From an uncultured Ignavibacteriales bacterium (lineage in GTDB: Bacteria > Zixibacteria > MSB-5A5 > GN15 > FEB-12): a stretch of 64,000 nt of DNA. The DNA lies in the NCBI GenBank assembly GCA_964503315.1, contig CAZCZL010000014.1, positions 4,159 through 68,158 on the forward strand, given 5' to 3'. The notes beneath the pieces are model-generated. The model was not told the DNA's origin, searched no databases, and was given only the letters and a program-made list of their open reading frames with translations. Numbering within the stretch: position 1 is the first letter of the stretch; each line of letters starts with the position of its first letter. The position numbers and the translations under genes were made by a program. Positions 10,905-20,283 of this stretch are shown here, in pieces.

Positions 10905-11065
10905 GAGCCGTTTCCTTCCGGTTTATCCCCAACGAAGACTTCTTTGACTATGAATTCTATCGGCATTACTCGAATCATCGCCACGGAGAGATTTCGCGCA
11001 GGGAGCAGATTGTGCAGAAAACAGGCACCCGCTGCATCCATGATTAGTACTCAAGGACGGCTCGC

Positions 11066-11095
11066 AAAAAAAACGGCCCGGGGAAACCGGGCCGT
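11066..11095 (-). terminator. Rho-independent terminator of the cysteine protease gene
   Basis: On the minus strand: acggcccgg-tttcc-ccgggccgt, immediately followed by an 8-nt T run. Confidence 0.8.
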
Positions 11096-11113
11096 GTATT
11101 ACCATTTTATTAT

Positions 11114-12943
11114 CTATGACTGCGAACAGGTTAGCGGCGAGCCCGACGCGGTCAAGTAGTTGATAAGACGCGACAGGTCGGAAAGGTCTACACTTCCCGC
11201 GCCATCGACATTCGCCGAGGGACGATACGGCAACTGGGGTGAACCGGTGGTCAAATACATGATCAGGAAAGAAAGATCTGTGAGGTCCGGACCCTTGCCA
11301 TCAGCATTAACATCCCCTCCCTTACAAACGCTGACCGCGCCTCCTGTGATCGACGGCTGATAGGTGCCATTCGATGTCACTACGGTTGGACTATATACCT
11401 TGGTTCCGTTGACATACTCAGCCAGGGTTACCGGGTTCGCGCCACCCGTCGCCCCATTCGGCACGGTAAACCAGAGTCGAAGTACCGCGCCCGTCCCCGG
11501 TGCGATATCCGGCTGGGGCGAAACCGCCGTGATCTTGTAGCTCGCGCGGCTTAGGTCGAAATGCAATTGCTGCAAAGTCAACTGCGAGGATCTGAGTCCT
11601 GTGGTCGTGGCGGAATCGAACACCAGTCCCGAACTCCCCGACCATGTGATAGGAAAGACCGCTTCGTTTATCGGAACAAAATTCCGCAGCGAAATATCTA
11701 CACTGACCGGCTGGCCGGCGATCCCCTGCGCCGTTGTCGTCGAGAATGTATCGGCGTGTATCATCACACACTCATGCTCGGTCGTCGAGAAATTGCCATT
11801 GGCAGTCTGGATCGAGCACGTCACGTCATAGCAACCAGGCGCTGTATACGTATGCATTGGATTCTGTTCAGTCGAGGTCCCACCATCGCCAAAATTCCAG
11901 CTCCAGTTGGTAACGTCCAGCATGGTTTCAGCGGTAAATGTGACATCAGCCGGCGCCGGGGCCAGAGCAGAATTGCTGCTGAACCAGACGGTCCCGCGAT
12001 AGTTGATATAGGTCGCGTTGTATCCGATGTACGAACAGTTGTACGGCATCCGCATATATCCGCCTTCGCCCCAGTTGCTCCCCCAGGAATTGCGGATGAT
12101 CCAAATACCACCTGCCTGAGTATCATCCCAGCCGACCAGCGTTACGGCGTGATTAATGGTCCCATTGGCGCAGCCATTGAAAATCCCGCCGCCATAGGCC
12201 TGGAATGCGTCATTAACACTCACCGCGACTGAAACCGGACCATATTGCATCAAGGCCTGCTTCAGTTGATTAACGGTCGGCATACTGTAGGGAGTGCCGA
12301 TATATCCCCACCCATCAATTGTGTACGTGTGCGGATAAGGACATGAGCAAGCGGCATCCCTCGCTTGATACGGGAAATCCGCTTCCAAGACAGCGCCAGT
12401 TCCGTTACATGCGTCAGGCGCATTGTAGTGCATCCGGTGCTCCCACCAGCCACCTGCACAACCATACCCATTGCTGTTACAGGATACCAGATACTGCTCT
12501 GACAGGTTGACGACAAGGCCATCTTTGATCTTGATATTGCATTCGAGCGGACCAACTGTCCCAAACGCCCAGCAGCTTCCGCATCCACCTTGATTGCGGA
12601 TCGGCGGAAGACCATTGGCTTCAATGCGCCAATCAAATACCGCGGGGAGCGCCGCCGTCCCGGCGGACATCATCGGATCGAACCGAACATCCGTCGGCAT
12701 CACCTCTGGCACTTTGAATCCGCACAGTTGATCCAGTGAATACTGCGTCGCTTCGTTTTCAGTGACCTCGAAGGTCCAGCCCTCCTGTTGGGCACGGATC
12801 TTCAAATCGTCGATGTCCGCCTTCGAAAGCTGGGCAAATGCCGAGCCGGCGGACAACACGAGCAGTGCGAGACCAAGAATTGTGGCGGTTGCACGAAAAG
12901 TGAGCACACGATGCAATGTCATACCTTCATCCTCTTCCGACAT
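11114..12943 (-). CDS. Secreted papain-family (C1A) cysteine protease with PKD-like domain and C-terminal dockerin-like module
   Basis: 609 aa with a signal peptide. Catalytic motifs 'QGGCGSCWAFG' (Cys), 'NHAVTLVGWD' (His), 'NSWGSNWGEGGY'. PKD-like 'WNFGDGGTSTEQNPMHTYTAPGCYDV'. Duplicated 'GDVNADGKGPDLTDLSFLIMYL' / 'NVDGAGSVDLSDLSRLINYL' at the C-terminus. Confidence 0.9.
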   Translation of the reverse strand: MSEEDEGMTLHRVLTFRATATILGLALLVLSAGSAFAQLSKADIDDLKIRAQQEGWTFEVTENEATQYSLDQLCGFKVPEVMPTDVRFDPMMSAGTAALPAVFDWRIEANGLPPIRNQGGCGSCWAFGTVGPLECNIKIKDGLVVNLSEQYLVSCNSNGYGCAGGWWEHRMHYNAPDACNGTGAVLEADFPYQARDAACSCPYPHTYTIDGWGYIGTPYSMPTVNQLKQALMQYGPVSVAVSVNDAFQAYGGGIFNGCANGTINHAVTLVGWDDTQAGGIWIIRNSWGSNWGEGGYMRMPYNCSYIGYNATYINYRGTVWFSSNSALAPAPADVTFTAETMLDVTNWSWNFGDGGTSTEQNPMHTYTAPGCYDVTCSIQTANGNFSTTEHECVMIHADTFSTTTAQGIAGQPVSVDISLRNFVPINEAVFPITWSGSSGLVFDSATTTGLRSSQLTLQQLHFDLSRASYKITAVSPQPDIAPGTGAVLRLWFTVPNGATGGANPVTLAEYVNGTKVYSPTVVTSNGTYQPSITGGAVSVCKGGDVNADGKGPDLTDLSFLIMYLTTGSPQLPYRPSANVDGAGSVDLSDLSRLINYLTASGSPLTCSQS

Positions 12944-13084
12944 GGATTACCTGATTGGGTGAATCCTCAGGTGAGACAAGTGAGCCCGCGACCAAACCCT
13001 AGTCGAGGTGGTTATCGGTGTATCGTATAATAATTTACCCATTTTCGCGAGGATGTCAACCAGAAACTCCGCCCACCGTGGCCA

Positions 13085-13113
13085 CAAAAAAACCCGGTCA
13101 AATCGACCGGGTT
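13085..13113 (-). terminator. Rho-independent terminator of the M6-like protease gene
   Basis: On the minus strand: stem aacccggtc/gaccgggtt with a 5-nt loop, followed by a T run (A run 13085-13092 on the plus strand). Confidence 0.75.
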
Positions 13114-13138
13114 TTCAAGTAATCAGTGTCAGGATCGT

Positions 13139-16100
13139 TCAGCATCCAGGCACAAAAGTCGCGCTGCCAGGAACGGTCATGTAGGCGACCATCTTCGACA
13201 GATCCGTCAGATCGATCTTGCAGTCACCCGTCACATCTCCCACCAACTTCGGCTCGATCGTCGCGCCGCCCCCCGTGAGGTACGAGATCAACATCGACAA
13301 GTCAGTAAGGTCGGTATTGTGCGAGTGGTTGATATCCCCTAATCGCCATGTCCAGAACGACGCAGTCACCGAGGTCGACATCAACCCGCCGCGATCGCGC
13401 GCTGTGATCCGCCAGTAATAACGTGTTCCAAACGCGAGTGAATCTGTGAATTGATGCGGCGAAGACAGAAGGTCCGCCGCCGTCAATGGCGAACTGAATC
13501 CGGCGTTGTCGTCGAGTTCGATCGTATACTTGACCGTATCCATCGGATCGAAATCTATCGATGGTGACCAGCTCAGGCTTGGTTTCAACGCAAACACAGG
13601 CAACCCCGTCGGCGCGTTCGGCGCCAGGCCCGTCGCGGCACTTGGCGTGCTGGGGAACTGATCAAGCCAGAACGACCGCACGTCTGCCCAGCTTGAATAC
13701 TCATATCCATCGTAGGCGCGTACCCGCCAGAAATAATGAAAATTCTCCGTTAGATTCTGCGGCGCAATATCCAGACTAGTTGAGCCGCTGTTGACCAACG
13801 CCGCCTGCGAGGTCGCGGCGGAGTCGTAATAGACCCCATACTGGTACGTGATCGGATCGGATTCATTGTCAGTCACCGGTTGAATGGTCAACAAAGCGGG
13901 AGTCCCCGTGATCACTCCCCCTTCCGCCGGCGAAAGTAGGCTCGGTATCCCCGGACTGCTGTTGAACACCAAGCTGCTTTGGTACCAGTCCGACCAGGCA
14001 AACCCGTTGTGCGTCCGCACCCGCAGATAACAGGTCGAACCGTCTGCAAGCGAACTGCCTCCATAGACAACCGTCGTATCCGGGCCAACAAGCATGGATG
14101 GATCCCACAGCTCCGCCGTCAGCCAGTCAGTATCGGTACCGACCTCAATCTCCGCGGAATCCTGCGTATTGAGACCCGCGGCGAAATAACTCCACGCCAA
14201 TGTCGGCGTATTGTTCAACACGTGTGTCTGATTTTCGCCTACCGCCACCAATCGGGTCACCTCAGGGGCCGACACAGTAAAGGTCGAATCATCAAAGAAA
14301 CGCAGAATACGCGAGGTCAGCGTATCCCGATGCGCATACCCGCCAGCCGTATCGGTATAGCTCATCGCCTCTATCGGGAATGACAGGAACACCGTCTTGT
14401 AACTGCCGCTGTACATCACCCCGGCATGCCCCAGATAGGGAGTGCCGGTGAACAAGTTGGTCGTCTCAAACGCCAGCAAGCCGTCATCGGTCGGATTTAC
14501 CCGTTGCTGGCGTTTCATATTCGATGGCGTCCCCGGCGCAAAGACGTAGCGAGTATTCTCGGACAGCGGGTTTCCTGGAACACCATAGAAGAAGTTCGCG
14601 TACGACACGGAGTCGCGGAAGCGGACTTTGAAATAATCGCGCATGAAAGCGGAATCGAGCACATGGAGTTGCGCCGCCGCGGTCGCGCTGGCCAATACCA
14701 GATTCCCGCCGCCATCCAGATACGACTTCATGTTGGCGACGTCAGTCGATGTCAACACGCCGGTCGGCTTCTGACCGCTCATCCAGAACACATAATCAAA
14801 CTGGGAAAGCGTCGCCGCCGAGGGGGATCCTGATGTCTTGTGATGCATCGCCTGAGGCAGTCGCAGACCAGTGAACGACCGCGATAGCTCCAACTCCACC
14901 GCCGCGCCGGCATCGTCATCGACGATCAGAATATTTGGCATCCCGACCGACTGTTGGAAAGTAAAGACCTGCGAATATGCCTCATCCCCACTCCCGTTCA
15001 CCGAGTCGGCGGTAATGGTCAGTGTAAAATCAGAGATGGTCGGCGTCGTCCCCGGCGCCACGGTGAAGGTCACCGGATTGTTGGTCACGACCGACGCAAC
15101 GGACTTAAGTAACTGCGAAGATTGCAGCGTGTGATTATTGATGAACTGAACATCCGGATTGTCTGTCGTCACTTCCATCCGCCAGTTATAGGCGTTCCGC
15201 ATGGAGTTCTTCAGGCGGCAGCGGATCTCCACAGTCTCCCCAGGCTCCAAAAATCCATCCCCATCTCCACCCGCCGCGTCGGAGATCACCAGGGAATCGC
15301 TCCCGGTATACACAATGGCCGGCCGTGAGAAAGTATAATCCAGGTCAGCGTACATGATCGAATCTGAATCAGTGATATCCCATACACCTACCTCGGTCAC
15401 CTTGTTGCCGACATTCCCTTTTGAATTGGGCACACTCTGGTCATGGAACGCTCGATTGTTGGTCGACCCGGGGAATGGATCAGCGGCATCGCCGCCGCTT
15501 CCGCCAAGCGCCAGACCATTTAATCCATCGGCCTGCTCGAGCGCCACCATATAGCGAAGGTAGTTGTTATTGCTTGAGACATTCTCATCCACATGGAAGA
15601 TGCAAAGTCCATGTCCCGGCAGCGCGACGTCAAATCCGTATGGTTGACGGTTCTCCACCAGCCAGTACTCGCGACCACTGACGATATTGGTATCCTTGAT
15701 CTGATACACCACCGGATTGTATTCAACCGCGGGAAACGCGACGGAATCAAGATTGGTGGTGACATCGACGACCGTGACAAACCCGAGTTTCTTCTTGCAC
15801 CATGCATCCAGCGATGACGGATACCGGCTCCCGCCGTTGTAGCTTCCTCCTGCCATCAATGACCAACCGCCCAATCCTTCCGAAGTCGGTGGATCATAGT
15901 CGGTATCATACAGATCAGGCAATCCAAGGACATGCCCATGCTCGTGCGTGAATACACCGATCGGGGTTAACCCGCCGCCGGATTCCTCCGGATTGACGGT
16001 ATAGGGTCCGAGGCGCACGCCATCCAGGATCGGCGAGCCGGATATCTGCGATTTGTGCGACCAGATACCATACGCGCCGCTTTCCGCACCCGCTCCCGGA

Positions 16101-16729
16101 TGCACGATCACCACGCCGTCGACGTTCTGTCCATCCGACGCGAACCGGCTGAAATCAATATCGTTGTTCGCCGCGAAAACCGCATCACGAGCGAGAATGC
16201 TTCCCATACTCAGGCCATCATTATCGCCTACATAATACGCATACGTATTGGGCATCCGATACCAGCCGTAGATCTCCCCTTTGATATACGTCGAGCCATA
16301 GGAGTTTTCGAGATAGAAGTCGGTCATCGAGCCGGTCGGATTATGGATCGGATCGGTATCCCGATTAGAGAAGAGCAGTGAATCAAAGTCCGCCGGAGTG
16401 GCCGCGATTGATTGCGCGTCCCATACCCAATCGGAGAAGTCGACCAGGATCACCACAGCCATCACTGTATCCACGGCGGTTCCTGTCGACGCCGGTTTTA
16501 CCCGATGGATACGTTCGAGCACGGATGGCTCTTCCGGTGCGCACCCGCCGGCCTCTTTGAAGGCCCGAAGGTTCGCCATTTTCTGCTCAAAGATCCCCTC
16601 AGATTTCCATTTGGCGATCGCCTCAGGTGAGGGTGGTACCGCCAGAGATGCTTCGATGAGGAGCAACACGGCCAAAAATACAAAAAACGTCAGTCTGCTC
16701 CCCGCATAGTAGTTCATTCGTACTGTCAT
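13139..16729 (-). CDS. Secreted M6 (immune inhibitor A-like) zinc metalloprotease with repeated beta-sandwich regions and C-terminal dockerin-like module
   Basis: 1196 aa with a signal peptide. Zinc site 'HEHGHVLGLPDLYD' (HEHGH codons at 15932-15946) matches the M6 HExxHxxGxxD pattern. Long Ig/FN3-like repeats follow. C-terminus has 'GDINHSHNTDLTDLSMLISYL' / 'GDVTGDCKIDLTDLSKMVAYM'. Confidence 0.85.
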   Translation of the reverse strand: MTVRMNYYAGSRLTFFVFLAVLLLIEASLAVPPSPEAIAKWKSEGIFEQKMANLRAFKEAGGCAPEEPSVLERIHRVKPASTGTAVDTVMAVVILVDFSDWVWDAQSIAATPADFDSLLFSNRDTDPIHNPTGSMTDFYLENSYGSTYIKGEIYGWYRMPNTYAYYVGDNDGLSMGSILARDAVFAANNDIDFSRFASDGQNVDGVVIVHPGAGAESGAYGIWSHKSQISGSPILDGVRLGPYTVNPEESGGGLTPIGVFTHEHGHVLGLPDLYDTDYDPPTSEGLGGWSLMAGGSYNGGSRYPSSLDAWCKKKLGFVTVVDVTTNLDSVAFPAVEYNPVVYQIKDTNIVSGREYWLVENRQPYGFDVALPGHGLCIFHVDENVSSNNNYLRYMVALEQADGLNGLALGGSGGDAADPFPGSTNNRAFHDQSVPNSKGNVGNKVTEVGVWDITDSDSIMYADLDYTFSRPAIVYTGSDSLVISDAAGGDGDGFLEPGETVEIRCRLKNSMRNAYNWRMEVTTDNPDVQFINNHTLQSSQLLKSVASVVTNNPVTFTVAPGTTPTISDFTLTITADSVNGSGDEAYSQVFTFQQSVGMPNILIVDDDAGAAVELELSRSFTGLRLPQAMHHKTSGSPSAATLSQFDYVFWMSGQKPTGVLTSTDVANMKSYLDGGGNLVLASATAAAQLHVLDSAFMRDYFKVRFRDSVSYANFFYGVPGNPLSENTRYVFAPGTPSNMKRQQRVNPTDDGLLAFETTNLFTGTPYLGHAGVMYSGSYKTVFLSFPIEAMSYTDTAGGYAHRDTLTSRILRFFDDSTFTVSAPEVTRLVAVGENQTHVLNNTPTLAWSYFAAGLNTQDSAEIEVGTDTDWLTAELWDPSMLVGPDTTVVYGGSSLADGSTCYLRVRTHNGFAWSDWYQSSLVFNSSPGIPSLLSPAEGGVITGTPALLTIQPVTDNESDPITYQYGVYYDSAATSQAALVNSGSTSLDIAPQNLTENFHYFWRVRAYDGYEYSSWADVRSFWLDQFPSTPSAATGLAPNAPTGLPVFALKPSLSWSPSIDFDPMDTVKYTIELDDNAGFSSPLTAADLLSSPHQFTDSLAFGTRYYWRITARDRGGLMSTSVTASFWTWRLGDINHSHNTDLTDLSMLISYLTGGGATIEPKLVGDVTGDCKIDLTDLSKMVAYMTVPGSATFVPGC

Positions 16730-17140
16730 GGTTTCCCCGACAAGAGAGGTAAACGGTTGTTCTCCGCTAAAGGTAGCCGATTTTCCATATGTGTCAACGA
16801 TATAACCACGGCCCGCCGAGACTTGTTCTCTTCGACAAGCCGCATTTCAATAGTATCGGCGACCCGCCTGATTCACAGAGGGGGAAACCCGACATTTCGT
16901 ACTTCGGCTGTCGCCGCCCTATCTCGTTGTAGCACTGAAATAAAGGTCGGGTCAAAAGACTCAATTTTCCGAGCGACAGACAGGAAAATGGAGTAAGCGA
17001 GCCAAACTGGTCGGGCCCGAGCGTGCCTATTTTGCTCTGTCGCCGAGTCCCCTAACCGACTCTCAGGCTTAAAGTATCCGCTCGGCCTTCCGATATCCTG
17101 TGTAGGGAATGAACAGTGGGTCCGGGACGGCTCCGGGCTT

Positions 17141-19069
17141 GTGCCGCGTATGTATCCATTCACGTCAGACCACAGCCAGATGAAACTATTGAGTGTGCGC
17201 CCCAACCTTTCGGCCTGGAAAATTGCCGGTATCTACGCCATCGCGGGATACCTCTGGATCCTCTTTTCCGATCGCATTCTTCAGGGTCTCACCAACGATG
17301 CTGCCGCGCTTACCACGTTGCAGACTTACAAGGGCTGGTTTTATGTCGCCATGACCGCCCTCCTGGTTCAAGTGTTGGTGAAACGACGTCTGGCCGCCAT
17401 CAAGCAGGTTCAGATGGTCTTGCAGGAACGCGAGGTCAGATTCCGCAGACTCTTCGAGAATTCCCCCGTCCCGTTGGTCGAAGCCGACATGTCCCAGCCG
17501 TTCCTGCAAATCAATAAACTGCACAAGTCAGGTGTCTCAGATATTTGCGCCTACTTGCGCGACAACCCGGACATAGACCGGCAGATCGCGTCATTCGTCG
17601 TCATCCGCGAGGTCAATCAGGCCGCCGCGACCCTTTTCCACGCGGAATCTCCCGAGCTGCTCAAAGGCATGATCGGTAACGTCCGCAGCGAAGGCCTTTA
17701 TCAGTTGGCGCGCGAGCTTCTCTGTAAGTTCGATACCGGCGCTACTCGCTATCAGACCGAAGCGACTATGATGACGCTTTCCGGTGAGCCGATGACGCTG
17801 CTGGTATCCGCGACGTTGGCACCGGGGAACGAATCAAATTGGGAGAAGGTCATCATCTCAATGGCCGACCTCACCGCCCACCGCAAAGCGGAAGCCGAAC
17901 AGGCGCGCCTCGAAGCTCAGTTGCGTCAGGCTCAGAAAATGGAATCGATCGGCGCGTTGGCCGGCGGTATCGCGCATGACTTCAACAACATTCTTACCCC
18001 GCTCTGTGGCTATACGGACTTGGCGCTCGAGGATCTCCCCGCCGACAGCCCAGTTCGTGAGGATATCGAGCAGGTCCAGAAGGCCGCCAACCGCGGCAAA
18101 GATCTGGTCAAACAGATATTGAGCTTCAGCCGACGGTCCGACCAGCAGAAAGCGGTCATCGATCTCCGCGTCATCGTCAAGGAGACCGCCAAACTGCTGC
18201 GGGCCTCGCTCCCCCCCACTATCGATATTCAACTTGATCTCGAAGACGGGATAGGCAAGATCTCCGCCGATCCGACGCAGATACACCAGGTGCTGATGAA
18301 TCTCTGCACGAACGCTTTCCAAGCCATGAAAGAAAGCGGCGGACAGATCTCCATCAGTTTACGCCAGGTCCGCCTGAGTGATTCGTCCACTCCTCACCTC
18401 GCCTCCGGTGAGTATCTCGCCTGCGCGGTCACCGACACCGGCTGTGGTATCCCGCCGGAAAATCAGGAGCGCATCTTCGAGCCGTTTTTTACCACCAAAG
18501 AGGCCGGCGAAGGGACCGGACTCGGGCTATCCGTTTCCCATGGCATCGTCGTCTCCCACGGCGGCACGATCACGTGCACCAGCCAGCCATTTGTTGGCTC
18601 GACCTTCACTGTCTATCTTCCGGTGACCGCGGATGTTGAGGCGATGTCCCGTGTTCCCGCAAACGCCGAATTGGATGGTCGTGAATCTCTGCTTATTGTC
18701 GATGATGACCCCATTGTCGCGCAGACCGCCATTGAAATGCTCACCCGTCGCGGATACACTGTCCGCTATTGCGCGTCTCCGCTCGAAGCATTGGATTTGT
18801 TGCAGGATCGCTCCAACGCCATCGATCTGGCTATCTTCAATCAGGCCATGCCCAAGATCAGCGGTCTCCGTCTGGCAGAGACAGTTCGCGCCTATCGACC
18901 GGATCTTCCTATCGCCATGTTGACTGGATTTGGTAAAGGATTGGAAACTGAGCTGTTGGAAAGGTCAGCCATCCATGTCGTGATCGCCAAGCCATTCACT
19001 TCGACTGAAATTGCGCAGGGAGTACGTATCGCGCTGGCGAAACGACCCGTCCCGGTTACCGCTCGATAA
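17141..19069 (+). CDS. Hybrid sensor histidine kinase (TM, PAS-like, HisKA, HATPase, receiver)
   Basis: H-box 'GGIAHDFNNILT', 'LMNLCTNAFQA', 'DTGCGIP', 'GTGLGLSVS'. C-terminal receiver begins 'LLIVDDDP'. The likely true start is ATG 17180 (MKLLSVRPNLSAWKIAGIY...). Confidence 0.85.
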   Translation: MPRMYPFTSDHSQMKLLSVRPNLSAWKIAGIYAIAGYLWILFSDRILQGLTNDAAALTTLQTYKGWFYVAMTALLVQVLVKRRLAAIKQVQMVLQEREVRFRRLFENSPVPLVEADMSQPFLQINKLHKSGVSDICAYLRDNPDIDRQIASFVVIREVNQAAATLFHAESPELLKGMIGNVRSEGLYQLARELLCKFDTGATRYQTEATMMTLSGEPMTLLVSATLAPGNESNWEKVIISMADLTAHRKAEAEQARLEAQLRQAQKMESIGALAGGIAHDFNNILTPLCGYTDLALEDLPADSPVREDIEQVQKAANRGKDLVKQILSFSRRSDQQKAVIDLRVIVKETAKLLRASLPPTIDIQLDLEDGIGKISADPTQIHQVLMNLCTNAFQAMKESGGQISISLRQVRLSDSSTPHLASGEYLACAVTDTGCGIPPENQERIFEPFFTTKEAGEGTGLGLSVSHGIVVSHGGTITCTSQPFVGSTFTVYLPVTADVEAMSRVPANAELDGRESLLIVDDDPIVAQTAIEMLTRRGYTVRYCASPLEALDLLQDRSNAIDLAIFNQAMPKISGLRLAETVRAYRPDLPIAMLTGFGKGLETELLERSAIHVVIAKPFTSTEIAQGVRIALAKRPVPVTAR

Positions 19070-19474
19070 TCAGCTCTCGACGCGAATCGCTTCCTGCGGG
19101 AAACGCTTGTTCGCCAAATGCCCCCCAACATACACCCCCAGAAGCCCGACCAGTATTTGCGTGACCAAATACCAGACAGGTTGCTTGTCAATATTGGCCG
19201 CCAGCGTAACCAAACCGATAAACAGCACGACTAGAGCCAACGCATGTATATGTTTGATGCGTGAGCCACGGCAGATCACAATTGTTACTCCCGCTCCAAT
19301 GGCCGCGGCGGCTAGCCCAAACAGCTGAATCACAACTACCCATGGAATACTTGGCAGCATATCCGGTTGCGGAAAGGCACTCGGAAAGATGATCGCGATC
19401 AGCAGGAAAAACAACATGATCAGGAGCAGCATCGCCACATAGCCCGACACAACTGCAATTACGCTACGTAACAT
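19070..19474 (-). CDS. Small polytopic membrane protein, unknown function
   Basis: 134 aa with about four hydrophobic helices. Its stop codon abuts the kinase stop codon. I recognise no family. Confidence 0.5.
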   Translation of the reverse strand: MLRSVIAVVSGYVAMLLLIMLFFLLIAIIFPSAFPQPDMLPSIPWVVVIQLFGLAAAAIGAGVTIVICRGSRIKHIHALALVVLFIGLVTLAANIDKQPVWYLVTQILVGLLGVYVGGHLANKRFPQEAIRVES

Positions 19475-19633
19475 CTTCTCGTCTCCACCTGTCGATTTCT
19501 GTCGGTGCAGTCACAGCTTTCCGGTCACATTCTCGATCGGTTACACAAAGTCACCGCTGCTCATAGATAGTGTATGGTTCGAAAAGAGAATAGAGAAAAA
19601 ATCTCCCGGCCGATAGGGGCCGGAAAAATGAGG

Positions 19634-20221
19634 TCAGGTCGGTCGCTTGGCCAATCGCTTAAGTCGCTTGCTGCCCGATGCTTCGCGGCCCGCCATCTTC
19701 CGTCCGCTGCCGGACGCCTTCGGCGGCTTCGTCCGTACTACCCGCGATTTATGCCCAGTCTTGCTGTTCAACTCCAGATAATTGGCAATGACAATATCCC
19801 AGTCAACAAACTGCAGTACTCCGGCCACCTCGCGAGCCACGATCGCCGCTTTCCTTAACGATTCGACCTCCTCCGTGAGATCCAACTGCATCAGGAACTC
19901 CGGACGTTTGGTTACCTGGGCCAACGATGCGACGATGTACCGCTCAAGGTATCGTGCCGACGCGTACGCCTGCGGTGTCCTGGCCCGCCGCAGCGCCCGC
20001 TCTATCGTATGAAAGTTCTGCATCCGATAATTCAACGCCACGCGGAAACTGACCAGATATTCCCCGGTCAATCCGGGACGAACCGTTTCATCCCGCATAT
20101 GCCCGAATATCTCCTGCACGCGTCGCAGCGCGTCACCGCCCGAGGCCGCTAACACCGTGGCCTGGCCGCAATTGCCTGAGAACTCAAGGACTACATCGCG
20201 ATTGTGAAAGGTATAGGCCAT
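19634..20221 (-). CDS. Hypothetical protein with strongly basic C-terminal tail
   Basis: 195 aa with an ATG start. The last ~40 aa are 'KSRVVRTKPPKASGSGRKMAGREASGSKRLKRLAKRPT'. No motif recognised. Confidence 0.5.
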   Translation of the reverse strand: MAYTFHNRDVVLEFSGNCGQATVLAASGGDALRRVQEIFGHMRDETVRPGLTGEYLVSFRVALNYRMQNFHTIERALRRARTPQAYASARYLERYIVASLAQVTKRPEFLMQLDLTEEVESLRKAAIVAREVAGVLQFVDWDIVIANYLELNSKTGHKSRVVRTKPPKASGSGRKMAGREASGSKRLKRLAKRPT

Positions 20222-20233
20222 CCTACTAACAAT

Positions 20234-20255
20234 ATCGGCCGCCGAAGCGGCCGAT
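20234..20255 (-). terminator. Perfect 9-bp GC-rich hairpin downstream of the flavin reductase gene (terminator-like)
   Basis: atcggccgc-cgaa-gcggccgat. The flanking T/A runs are short, so terminator function is uncertain. Confidence 0.4.
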
Positions 20256-20283
20256 TTTATGGCCCAATTGTGACAGATTTGAC

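Noticed and set aside
11114-16729. Interpretation of the dockerin-like tails as evidence for a cellulosome
   Set aside because: The window has no cohesin or scaffoldin and no glycoside hydrolase or CBM. The cargo enzymes are proteases. The module resemblance is retained, but the cellulosome inference is dropped.
16730-17140. Riboswitch or sRNA in the 410-nt divergent region between the M6 protease and the histidine kinase, including ORFs 16757-16996 and 16873-17205
   Set aside because: I recognised no conserved riboswitch core and no strong hairpin or repeat structure. The two ORFs overlap each other and lack an RBS. The region is most simply a divergent promoter region.
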